A stretch of 64,000 bases of DNA, from NCBI RefSeq assembly GCF_009914755.1, contig NC_060935.1, one strand, 5' to 3'. Position 1 is the first letter of the stretch; every line of letters begins with the position of its first letter. Both the position numbers and the translations under genes were made by a program. The stretch is from the human T2T-CHM13v2.0 reference genome, Homo sapiens. Positions 1-12,999 of this stretch are shown piece by piece. Under the pieces are notes generated by a model that worked only from the letters and a program-made list of their open reading frames with translations, did not search any database and had not been told where the DNA came from.

Positions 1-170
1 TGTGGTGCCTAACATAGACAGAAGGAGTCCAGGAGGACTTCAAGGTGGAAGTGACATCTAAAAGATGAATGAGAGTCATCCAGGCAGGTGAGGTAAGGAA
101 AGGGTCAAGGGTCAAGGCAGTGGGACAGTGGTGAGAGCCAGACTAGAATTCCAGGTATTTGGATCAGCAC

Positions 171-325
171 AATGATAACAACAGCTCACTTTTATAGAAC
201 ACTTGCCAATGCCAGGCACATAGTAAAGGCTTTATAAGCATTATTTCATTTAAGCCTCAAATCAACCCCACTATCCCTATTCTACCGATGAAAAACTGAG
301 GCTTTGAGAGGATAAATATTTTGCC
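171..325 (-). mobile_element. MIR SINE fragment
   Basis: MIR core in reverse orientation: gccaggcacatagtaaaggctt...ttatttcatttaagcctca...gatgaaaaactgaggct. Confidence 0.75.
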
Positions 326-2694
326 TATTTAATCAACACAATCTAAATATTAGCTATCATTATTATCATAATTGTTACTATTATTATTAACTTCAGACAT
401 CACATCTCAACTAACCTCTTCTGGTGAAACAGGTACGGATTAACCTCCCCTAATGATAAGCTCACACCATTAGTAATGAGCTGCATTAGGATTTGAACTC
501 AGTACTCAGATTCTGGAGATGAAAGAGGTCACCAGGCGGGGGAACGGCACCTACTCAGTCTCCTGGTGTGGTGCAGGGAGGGGTCATAAAGCATCAGTTG
601 GGCAGGGCTGGTCCTGAGTGGCATGAAGGCTGTGGAAAGGCACCCATGAAATGTTCCAGAGGGTGAAGGGCATGACAGCCTGTGGCTTTAGAAAACCTCC
701 TCTGGCTTCATTATGAAGAATGGATTCAAGAGGGCAGAGCTGGAAGCAGGGAGATGCATTAGGGGCTATTTTCTCATCCAAGCAATAGATGTTGGCGGGG
801 TGAAGTCAGGCTTGGTGTGGATGCAGAGGAAGTAAAAGATGAAAGAGCATTTTAGGAGGTGAACTGGATGGGGCATCCGCCACACAGGCTGGTGGGGAGG
901 AGAAGGAAGCTGGGACAGGCAGTATGGTGCAGGGAAGGACCCAGTTACAGAGTCTGGCTCCAAAGGTGGGACAGGGCATCTGGAAGCCCCACTGCCATGC
1001 CCAGGGCATCTGGAGAGGAAGGAGGAGCTCCATAGGTGGCGAGGCTGCCATGTGGTGGATGTTTGAGGTGGCAAATAATACTTGCAGCTCAGCAGGCAAT
1101 GGCCTGGTGGCTCTGCAGAAGCAGCCCCAGGGGAGGATGAGGATGAGGGATGTTGGGTGCAGCCAGGGAGGCTGGTTTCAAATAGTAGGCAGTCAGGGGA
1201 TTAGGTCCAGAAAACAAAGAATAACTTAGATCAATGAGGGCAGGTTGGCATAGGAAATGGTAGAGTTGCAACCGCAGGGTGCTAAGGGTGCCTGGGTCCG
1301 GCTGGCTCCAGAAGTCAAGGTTGAACTCCCCTCATTGTGCACCTGAGCAGCTGACATCCTTCCAAAGACCAGGACATCAGGGACCCCATCTAGGATGGGA
1401 TGAGACAGAAACAATGTCCTTGTCCTGTGTGGTTTTACTTCCCTCCCCGGGGCCCAGCCGAGGGGTGGGTGCGTGGGGGCACCTAGCAAACACTGGTTAA
1501 AATCAGAGCCCAGCATCCTGTCCCAATGTACATGCCTACCCTCAGCTTTTGAGGTCTGAGGTGTCAACAGTGTGTAGTTTAGAAATCCTGGAAGGTTGCA
1601 AAGTGCTCAAGGGGATGGTTCTAAAATACGTAGTGATGCTCCCCCGCCAATATGTTGTGTGTTGTGGCAGGAGAAATATTTCCAGAGATGGCGACATCAG
1701 AATGCTACAGGAAAGCTCTAGAGAATTTAGTGCCTCTGCGTCTCTTCTCCTTCTCATTAGGAGACAGCAGTGGTGTTTTAAATTCTTTAAAGTGGCACTT
1801 CAGTCAAGGAGGAGTTTATAAAAATAATTTCTGCAGCATGGTGGATGGAGGGTGACAGGCAGCAGCCGGGTGAGGGGTTGAGAGGGCTGGGAAGAGAAGT
1901 CAAGCAGGCCACTGGGTAAACAGGGGGGACCCCTGAACCCCAGAGTCAAACAGAAAAGACTCTACCATATGCAGCCCTGGACAGTCAAGAAGCATGGAGC
2001 AGGGAGGGTCTGTGTGCTGATGGCTGATGGGCCCCCACTGGTGGCCTCTCAAGCCCCATTAGGGCTGGCACCAGGTATGGTCACTTCCAGTCCACACAGA
2101 GCTTTTGTAGGCACAAGGACAAGTGACCCCTTTAGGTAGATGCAGCTCTGCCCCAGGGTGCATGGCTTGGTGGGCAGAACACAGCCAAAGTTCAGCCCCC
2201 TAGTTCCCCCAAGGCCAGGTGCTTTGATGCAGAAAAATATTGTGCAACTGTTCATGGCAGTCCATGGGGAGAGACTGGGGTGCATCCTCGTGAAACACTG
2301 GAAAACAGAGCCAGAAAGCAAAACTGGAAATCATGGGAATCCAAGAGGAATTAAGACATTTTAAATAAAAAAAAATCTATTTTAAGATCCAGAAGGAGAG
2401 AAGACTCCTGATTAGCTAAGGCAACAAGCAGTGGTATGGGGAGAGAGTAGAAGCCACTGCAATCCCTTCCCCATCTAGGTAGTTAGGCCACGATTGGCAA
2501 AGTGCTTTGCCATGCATGATCCCTCAAAATTCGCACTGATAAAAATTCAGTGGAGAGACTTCCATAGAGCAGGGAGCCACAACTCAGAGGCCTCACTACT
2601 TGCCCAAGATCTCTCAGCTAGGGAGGTGGGGAAATGGGACTCGAAGTCAGGTCAGCTGACTTCAAATCCAACCCTTTTTCCTAGGTAGCCTCAG

Positions 2695-3370
2695 TGTGAT
2701 GGATTATCTGCAGAGATCATCACCAGTAATCCTCCAGCCCTGTACATATCCACTCTTTTCCATCAGGAGGTGAAATTTATTTCCCCTCCCCTTGAATCTA
2801 GGCCAGTCTTGTGACTTGCTTTGACACTGACTTTTCTTACACTGTGCATTTCACAAATGTATGGTAAGTGCTTGGGAATCACAAAGGTCCTATAAGTGCT
2901 CAGTATTACAAGTCAAATCCTGCTAACACAAGTACCATTGCTATGAAACTTTCTGTATGACAAAAGCAATTTCCATGTCCTAGTCGATGGCTCACTTATT
3001 TCAAACCATATTCAATATGCCAATAGAATGTGTAAGTGACACCAGGCAAGGTCCAGGCCTCAGTCTTAAGAGGCCTGGCAGATCCTACTTTCACCTTCTT
3101 GGGATCCAGCCACCATGTGGAGAAGCACAGTCTAGACTGACATCTGCTGAAGATCACATGGATTGGTGCAGTGAGGGAGAAGCCTGGCCAGCCCTCCAGT
3201 CACCCCAGCTGCCACACATGTCAGGGAAGCCATTGTGGATATCGTGGCTAAATGCAGCCTTGTGAATGGCCCAACCTGACACCATGTGGCATAGAGGAGC
3301 TGCCAGTGGAGCCCAGCCACCCCACATAATCATGGAAAAAAATAAGACACTGTGCTGGATAACCGAGACA
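2695..3370 (+). mobile_element. MaLR solo LTR (MLT1F/G/H-like), interrupted at 2826-3020
   Basis: Starts TGTG and ends ACA. MLT1 motifs catcaggaggtgaaatttatttcccctccccttgaatctagg, gtgacttgctttgac|caatagaatg, cttaagaggcctggcag. Confidence 0.75.
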
Positions 3371-4933
3371 CCTGATTAGTGCAGACACTCCTCCTGGGGT
3401 CCTGACACTGGAAGGACCTGCCCAGCGTGTCATCCTGGCTTTGATAACTGACCTAAACTGGCCAGGACTGCTCCTTCTTCCACTGTGTCCTCTTGCTCAC
3501 CCTAGACTGCGAATTCCATGAGGACAGGACAGTTCTTTGCTTTGCTTTCTCTCCAGACTTAGGAACTGTTCCCTAAACAGAGAATACTTGGTCGTGATGC
3601 CTGGCCATGATGCTGGTCAGTCAGTCTGCCTGCCTGTCTAGCTTGATATTAAATGCCCAAATCAGACTCCCCTAGTAATACACATAGTGTGGCTCGTGAG
3701 TTGGGTGTGACTTTTTTCAGCGGAATAACTCAATTTCATTTTACATGTTGCTGCTAGCCAGGAGAGTGTGGTCCCACTGGGGAGGGCAGGCCTTTTGATG
3801 TTTGCCATGTTGGTCTTTACTCTGTGGGAGCCCATGAGAGGCAATGCAGAGATTTCAGAGTATTCAGAATATTCTCCCACTCCCACCCCACCATACCCTA
3901 AATGGCTGTACCTGTCACACATACCATGCCCTGGCTAATAGCGTGTTGTTGTATAAATTAATTACAAAATGACTAATGTCAATTTCACTTTCATCAGAGA
4001 TGGCAGAAGGACTGAGGACCTGGGGAGGAGAGAGGAGGAAACTGGAGGACTGTGAACGTGGCCACGTCTTTTCCAATGGAGAGAAAACTCAATCGGATCT
4101 GGGCACTCCCTACATTTCTCCACCTCCTGCCGCCCCCGTGAGCCACTGCAGGGAGATTTTTCTGAATAATGGAACATTTTCCTGTTTTAATCAGATGCAA
4201 TTTTGCAAGCAGTTTTTATGATTTAGCAAGTCCATTAAAACTGGCATTTGTTCTGCTCTGACACTCGAAAGGGGCTCCACAGAGCATAAACATTGGAAAT
4301 TACTTGTAGGGAGAGACAATATTAAAATTCCCCAGCCTGGGCCTGTTGTTTGAGAAATTCTGTTATCAAGCATCATGCCAGCTACGATCAGAGGTGCTTG
4401 AGATATATGCTGCTTCCTCTTTACGCACTAACTGGGGGCCTGGGAACTCAGGCAGCAATAAAGTCACAATGCTGTTATCTCTCAGCACTTTTGGCATCAG
4501 GAGGTGAATGGGTCTTAAGGAGAACTCACTGGAAGAGCAGGTCACGAAGTGCAAAATCTCAAGGAAGAGGGTGGGTGAACACATCTTTAAGGACAAGCCT
4601 GGAAATTGCTTTCCTGCCCACAGTGAATGATAGAGTTTATTGGCACATAATTAAGAAGGTCTGTTTTGTCAGTTTCACTTGTAGTCAATTCTCAATTATC
4701 CATATACTAACAGATGACCAGGGTCAAGTGAAAATTCTCCTTTTGCCCTCCTTCTGCTTCCCTGCAGGGATTCCCTCTCCACAGAACCAAAGTAGAGTAT
4801 CAGCAAGAGAGGCTTTGGGGAGCATCTCCTCTCCCAGTCAATGCAGAAGCCATAGAAGAAATCACAAAAGATAGAACCTGGCAGTTCAACTACATAAAAT
4901 TAACAATGCGTGGGTATAACAAACTAAGAAACT

Positions 4934-5241
<308 letters not shown>

Positions 5242-6821
5242 TTATTCTGAAGAAAAATATTTACTTCTAACATTTCAGAGTGTTAATGTTTTCATATAAA
5301 TAATTAATATATAAATTGATAGGAACGTTCTAAGAGTCAAGATGGGGTGAGGTGAGGAGATCAAACAACAAACAGACAAAGGATTCATGCAACAAAAAGA
5401 TTTGAAAATAAACATATGTTGAAAAGGACAACCTCACTTACAATGAAAGAAACACAAAGATGATATAACACACTGTTTGGACTTCTAGCTAAACGTGAAA
5501 AATTGAACACGTGTGTTTATTTCCTCTCCCTTCCAAATCTTCACTAAAATGAAAACAAAGAATATAAGAAAGGCATAAACTCATAAGAACCCCAAGAAGA
5601 GGAAAGGAGACTGCCGCATATAAAAGACATCAACTATTTCTCTAAGACAGAGGCAGATGGGGGAGTGGCAACTGGCCGAGGATGCCAAGGACTAAGGGGC
5701 TGCAGAAAGAGGGCTGTCAGAGAGTTTGTAGACTCACCCGCAACACCCGAAGTCACTGGAACTAGAGGGCAGTCAGGCCCAGGAATGGATAGAAAAGCCC
5801 CAGAAGCAGATCAGGCTTCACGTGCTGGAGAGAAGGATGTAAGGAGTGGGTCATGGTGGGATTCGAGGCTGAGGAAGAGGGTGCCAGATGTTTGGTTCCG
5901 GCAGTGTAGTGGCCCAGATAACCAGCATGCATGCCCATGACAAAGACCTAGAAAGGCGAGCATCCTTTAAATGCAAAACTGAGCTTTAAGCCAATTCACC
6001 TGTGAGCCAGGCACAAAGGATCTGGAGCAGGAAGCACTTGAATTGACACTACAGCGGCTGCATGATTTTGCCGGCATTGGGAACCCAAGCACATAGGGTT
6101 AATGCTCATGTGGGACCCAGTGGCTGGGCATTGGGCCTTCTGAAGAGGGATGTTTGAACTGAGATCTTTGCATAGAAGCTTGACTTTCAAATGATTACAC
6201 TTCGATGAAAGAGTGGAAGAGAAAATGTACAGTCCTGGTCCAGGAAGATGACAAAGAAGTCTGTCTGACTCCACTTAGACAAGGAGTTCTCATCTGGCAA
6301 TTTATAACCATGGACCAACTCTTCATACAGATTTGGTCTTTGACTTTATGCTAGCTTCTTGATACAGAAAGAAACAACTTGATAATGTTTTATTTTAAAA
6401 TAGTTCTGGATTAGTGATACATTTGGGACTCATAAGCAAATGCAAAATGTCTTAGAAAAACACATTCTCATCTAAGCGTGCTCAGGATTCTAGAGATAAA
6501 ACTCTGTTGAGATAAGCTTGCAATCCAAAATTCAAAAACACAAAGAACAACGCAGGTGGCAAAAGGAGGAAGAAAAGGAAAGATCACCTCAAAAGTCAGG
6601 AAAATGATTTTCTTCAGAAGAGCAGGGGCTGTGCCTGGCAAATGAAGAGGATGCTGGGTGCTGGAAATATTCTATTTCTTGACATGATTGAAGGTATAGA
6701 GAAGAAATTGAAAGCATGAAAGGTCACTAAGTAAACATAAGGGTAGATTCAAGCCCCCCAAATTCTAGAAATGAAATATGTAGATATTAAAGTTAAAAAT
6801 TTATGGAGAGCTTAAATAGCA

Positions 6822-7063
6822 CTGTTGACCCTTGAACAACATGGTTTGAACTTCATGGGGTCACTTATAGTGAGTTTTTTTTCCAACCAAAGGCAGATGG
6901 AAAATACAGTATTCACAGATTTCAAAAACCTGGCTATACAGAGGGCCAACTTTTCACTTAAGCGAGTTCTGCAGGACTGAGTGCAAGACTTGAGAATATG
7001 CAGAGTTTGGTATTCGCAAGGGTGTCCTGGAACCAATCCCCTGCAGATACCAAGGGACAACTC
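6822..7063 (+). mobile_element. MER8 (Tigger2-family MITE, TcMar)
   Basis: TIR ctgttgacccttgaacaac...ccaagggacaactc. Internal gaaaatacagtattc and gtcctggaaccaatcccc. ~240 bp. Confidence 0.88.
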
Positions 7064-7527
7064 TATATTAGACATAGCTAAAGAATTAGTGAACTAAAAC
7101 ATAAATCTTAAGAAATGACTTATAGTGCAACACAGAATATAAAGAGATGGAAAATCTTAGAGATTAAGAGACATAGAGACTGGAATGAAAATGTTCAACA
7201 TATATCTCATGGTAGTTAAAGAAGGACAGAATAGAGAGACTAGGGAAGTAGCAATATTCCAAGAGATAATGACTGGGAATTTTCTAGAATTGGAAATCCT
7301 CCTGTTTGGGACCACGAAGAATCCCAGGTAGGATATGTAAAACTAAATGCACATCTGGCAATATTGCTATGAAGTTTCAGAGACAACGGCAAAGATCTAA
7401 GCAAGCAGAGATAAAACATACAGAAGACCTACAAAAGAACATTTGTACTGACTTCAGACTTCTCAAAAGCAACCGTAGACCCCAGAAAATAGTGGAAGAA
7501 TATATCTAAAATTCCAAGAGAAAATAA

Positions 7528-7883
<356 letters not shown>

Positions 7884-8035
7884 CTAAACCAGTTTTTCAA
7901 GAGTGAGGGTGAAATAAAGACATCTTCAGATGTAAAGAGATTGAAAGTTTTTAACTACAGAGGTTTGCTGAAAGTAAACTTACTATGGAGTAAATACAAG
8001 AAAGCATAGTAAAAACATAGTTTAAAAAAACATGG

Positions 8036-8335
8036 GGCTGGGCTCAGTGGCTCATGCCTGTAATCCTAGCACTTTGGGAGGCCAGGGTGGGCAGATCACC
8101 TGAGGTCAGGAGTTCAAGATCAGCCTGGCCAACATGGTGAAACCCCATCTCTACCAAAAATACAAAAAGCTAGCTGGTGTGATGGTGGGCGCCTGTAGTC
8201 CCAGCTACTCAGGAGGCTGAGGCAGGAGAATTGCTTGAACCTGGAAGGTAGAGGTTGTAGTGAGCCAAGATCGTGCTACTGCACTCTAGCCTGGGTAGCA
8301 GAGCAAGATCCTATCTCAAAACAAACAAACAAACA
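8036..8335 (+). mobile_element. AluS (Sx-like)
   Basis: ggctgggctcagtggctcatgcctgtaatc...cacctgaggtcaggagttc...; (CAAA)n tail. Confidence 0.95.
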
Positions 8336-8397
8336 CGCCAGTTCATGTCAGTTAATTGAAACAAGCCTATGTTGTTTTTAAGAAAACCCTAAGCATA

Positions 8398-8428
8398 TAC
8401 TACTACTACTACTACTAATAATAATAAT
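8398..8428. repeat. (TAC)n(TAA)n compound microsatellite
   Basis: tactactactactactactaataataataatga. Confidence 0.9.
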
Positions 8429-8713
8429 GACAAAATGGAATTAAAATATGAACAACAGAATATGTAAGTTGGGGAAGAGGTGATAGGAGCTAAAATGAAT
8501 TCTCAAGGCCTTGTTTCATTCAGGAGGAAAGCAGAGACTGATTAACTTCAGACTTTATGTTAAATATAGATGCAAAAAAATTAAGAGAACATACTTAAAA
8601 AGTCAAAATAGAATGTTGAGCTTCCAAAACAGTAGGCAGAAGAGAAGAAAATAATTTTTTACAAGCCTCAATCATTTCAATAGAAAGTAGAGAAGAAGAA
8701 AAACAAAGCAGAG

Positions 8714-9270
8714 TGTGGTAGATTGTATTTTCTGAAAATGGCCACAACAATATTTCTAATTCCTCTTGTACTTCCAGAACTCAGACACTCCCCATCAAGA
8801 CTTGGTGGAGTCTCTTATGCCTCCCCTTGAACCTGGAAGGACTGTGTTACTCCCCTGGCCAATAGAACATGGTGGAAGTCATGCTGTGTGATTTCTGAGG
8901 TTAGATCATAAAAGGTAATACGGCTTCCATTTAGTGTGTGTGCACACTATCTCTCTCTCTCTCAAGATTCTTGCCCTTGGAACTTGGGCACCATGCCGTG
9001 AGGAGCCCACAGCCATATGGAAAACCTACATGTTGTTTGGACCAACAGGTCCAGCTAAGATCTCAGCAGCCAGCCAGCACCAATCACCAGACATGTAAGT
9101 GAGCAAGTCCTGAGATGATTCCAGCCTTCAAAGCTTCCAGATGAGGTGCCGGACATCGTGGAGCTGAGCCCTATCCCATTCCTGACCCACGGAATCTGTG
9201 GGCATAATAAATCGCTATTTTATACTACAAAGTTTTGGGGAAGTTTGTTATGCAGACAAACTGGAATACA
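8714..9270 (+). mobile_element. MaLR solo LTR (MLT1G/H-like)
   Basis: Starts tgtggtagattgtattttc and ends ctggaataca. Internal ggccaatagaacatggtggaagt; AATAAA near the 3' end. Confidence 0.85.
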
Positions 9271-9412
9271 GAGTAAATAAAAAGTACAAAATAAAATGGT
9301 AGCATTAAATCCAATATATAAATAATCACAAAAATGTCAACTGACTAAACTCACTTGCTGAAACAAAGGCTGTCAGAGATTTTTAAGAAGCTTATAAGAG
9401 ACATCTCTTAAA

Positions 9413-9538
9413 AGCTATTCAGGAGGCTGAGACAGGAGAATCGCCTGAACCCGGGAGGCGGAGTTCAGTGAGCCAAGATCAAGCCCCTGCACTCCAGCCT
9501 GGGCCACAGAGGAAGACTCTGTCTCAAAAGAAAAAAAG
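9413..9538 (+). mobile_element. 5'-truncated Alu (right monomer only)
   Basis: agctattcaggaggctgagacaggagaatcgcctgaacccgggaggcggag...gtctcaaaagaaaaaaa. AAAAGC on both sides. Confidence 0.92.
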
Positions 9539-9716
9539 CAAGGACACAGAAAAGAACAAAAAACAATGGAAAAAGATATATATTCTCTGGATATATTAAT
9601 CCAAAGAACACTGGGGCTGAAATATTTTGTTGTATATCAATATAGTTGTTATTATTAAGTACAGAGATGAACACTCCATAACATTAAAAGCTACCATTTG
9701 CCATGAATATATGATA

Positions 9717-10152
9717 CAACTGACCCTTGAACAATGCAGGTGTTAGGGACACCAACAACCCCATACAGCCAAAAATTCGTGTATAACTTTTGATTCCCCC
9801 AAAACTTAACTACGAATAGCCCTACTATTGACCAGAAGCCTTGCTGGTAACACAAATAGTTGATTAACACATATTTTGTATGTTATATGTATTAAATATT
9901 ATATTTTTACTTTAAAGTAAGCTAGGGAAAAGAAAATGTTACTAAGAAAATCACAAGGAAGAGAAAATATATTTACTATTCCTTAAGTGGAAGTGGATCA
10001 TCATAAAGGTCTTCATTCTCAGCATTTTTGCGTTAAATAGGCTACGGAGGAGGAGGACGAGGAGGGGTGGGTCTTGCTGTCTCAAGGTTGGCAGAAGTGG
10101 AAGAAAATACAAGTCTAAGTGAGCCCACGCAGTTCAAACCTGTGTTATTTAA
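9717..10152 (-). mobile_element. Tigger2a (MER28) DNA transposon, one TIR truncated
   Basis: TA + caactgacccttgaacaa TIR; aagtggaagtggatcatcataaaggtcttc. Homologous along its length to 39463-39901. Confidence 0.9.
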
Positions 10153-10743
10153 TGCCATCCTAAATTTGCATGAAGCTAACAATATTGCCTTAAAATATAT
10201 AAAATCAAATTGACAGAATTTCTATAAGAAATTTACATATCTAAAATCATAATGGCAGCTGTAACATAGCTCTCAGTAATTGATAGATTAAGTAGATAAA
10301 AATGAGTAAGGACTAACGGTTTGAGAAATGCAACCAGCAAGCTTGAGCTGCACCTAACAATTGAAGGATGCACATTCTTTTCAAATACAAATGGCACATC
10401 TACAAAATAGACTATGTGCAGCATCCTAAAACAAGCCCTAACAAGGAACTAATATCACACAGATCACATACTTGATCCACAGTGTAATTAAGTTAGAAAT
10501 AACATTTTAAAATCTTTTTTAGAATATCCTACATAGTCCTAAACTTAAAAACACACTTCTAAATAATTCATAGATCAAAGAAGAAATAAAATGGAAATTA
10601 GAAAACATTTAGACCTAAAAGATAACAAAAATGTGGTATATCAAAACATGTAAAATATAATTACAGTGGGAAATATAGCATCTCAAATGCTTAAACCATA
10701 AAAAAGAAAGATTGAACAGGTAATGAGGTAAGAGTTCAACTCA

Positions 10744-11101
<358 letters not shown>

Positions 11102-11582
11102 GGCAGAAATTTATTTTTTTTAAATTTCGTGAAATAGAAAGTGTTCTAAGAGAGAAGTTCAGTAAAACCAGAAGCTGGTCCTTTTGAAAGACTAATAAAA
11201 TAGACAAACCTCTGGCAGGATTGGTGAGAGAGAGAATACAAATAAACAGTATTAAGATGCAAAAAGGCGATATAATTCCAGCTACAGGAGATAATTTTAA
11301 AAATCATGAGATTAATATGAATATCTTTTTATAAATACACTAAGAACCATAAATAAAATGCACAGTTTTCTAGGAGAAAAAAGCCCAGTAAAACTCAGAA
11401 GAAATTTAAAAATCAGAATGGGCCTATAATTATTAAAGAAAGTGAATAAGTAATTAAACATTTGCCTACATCGGCAAAAATAGCTACGACTAACAAAACA
11501 TCAATCCCAGGTGGTTTTACAGGGAAGTTGTGCCAACTATCCAAGCTGCAGAGAATCCCAGTCTTAGCAAAATGTTCTAAAC

Positions 11583-11705
11583 CAGTGTTTCTCAAACTTA
11601 AATATGCAATCAAATCACCTAAATCTTATTCAAATGATGATTCAGTGGATCTAGGGGGGAGCTTGAGATTCTGCATTTCTAACAAGCTCCCAGGTTATGC
11701 CAGAT
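11583..11705. mobile_element. MER5A/B (hAT-Charlie MITE), partial
   Basis: cagtgtttctcaaactt TIR; gagattctgcatttctaacaagctcccagg. Confidence 0.82.
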
Positions 11706-12479
11706 ATAAAGTCTTCTGTAAGTCAATAAGCTAAAGCTAAACAACCCAATAGGAAGCTGGAAAAAAGTTGTGTATATTCAGTCTGCAGAAGAAACCTAAA
11801 TGCCAATAGAAAGAAGCCCTACTAGCTTGCTATTAACAAATCCAAACTAAGAGTGAGGTACTGTTTCCCCCTAACCAAATTAGCAAATCTGGTTTGCTGA
11901 CAAGATGAACTACTGGCAAACATGTGAAACAAGAAAACCCTTTAAGGGTAGCTGGAATGGTAAATTGATACATCTATTCTGGAGATCAGTTTTCCAACCT
12001 CTAGTGAAGTTGAAGAGTGGATACACCATGACATAGATACAGTGTACATGCCTAAAGAAATTGTTGCACATGTGCTCAGGGAGAAAAGTGCAAGGATGTT
12101 CAGGCTGCTCTGTATGTTACAGTGAGAAATTGGAAATAATCTAAATCTCCATCAGCAGAAGAATGATTGAAATACTATACAGCAGTGAAACTGCATATAC
12201 AACATGGATAGATCCCTAACAAATGTTTTTTAAAAAGCAATTTGAAAATCAATAGGTACACTTTGATACCTTTACATGAAAACACAAAACATGTAAGGCA
12301 ATCACATATATTGTATATCATTTATATATGTAACAAAAGTATAAAAATATTCATGGAAGTGAAAAATGACAAATTCAGAACAGTGGTTACAACTGGGGAG
12401 GGTGGAAAATAAGATAGAATAGGGGTATATGTCAACTGAGTCTATTAGTTTATTTCTTTTTTTTTTTTTAAAAGGTGGG

Positions 12480-12745
12480 ACCAATACCGTATGTTTCTCA
12501 CACTTTGTGTGATAAGAACACAAAGAGGGAACCACACACAATGGGGCCTATTGAAGGGTGGAGGGTTGGAAGAGGGAGAAGATCAGGAAAAATTACTAAT
12601 GGGTACTAGGCTGAATACCTGGGTGATGAAATAATCTGTACCACAAACCCCCATAACACAATTTTACCTGTGTAACAAATCTGCACATGTACCCCTGAGC
12701 TAAAAGTTAAAAAAATAAAAGTTAAGGCATTAAAAACCTGAAAAA
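12480..12745 (+). mobile_element. 5'-truncated primate L1 3' end (L1PA13-16-like)
   Basis: gatcaggaaaaattactaatgggtactaggctgaatacctgggtgatgaaataatctgtac...ctgcacatgtacccctga + A-tail. Probable TSD AAAAGGTG on both sides. Confidence 0.88.
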
Positions 12746-12999
12746 AAAGGTGAGGAAGTAAATATAGCAAAATATTAAGAATGAATGATTTAACAGAACT
12801 GGGGAGATAGGTATATCAATATTTTGACACTATCTCCCATACTTTCCTATATATTTATAATAATTTAATAATCATAATAATATAAAAGGCTTATGACTAA
12901 GAGAATAAGAGAGGATATATCAGCAAATGAGAGATATCTTGGACTGTCTTGAGATGGTTATACAGTCACTGATGAAGCTAGGAAAAGTGAGGATGCTAC

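Noticed and set aside
102-114. Nuclear-receptor DR1-like GGGTCA-A-GGGTCA
   Set aside because: Isolated 7-bp slippage duplication in L2-like sequence with no supporting context.
2643-2663. 8-bp inverted repeat GAAGTCAG/CTGACTTC
   Set aside because: Short, lies in MIR-like sequence, and is expected by chance in 64 kb.
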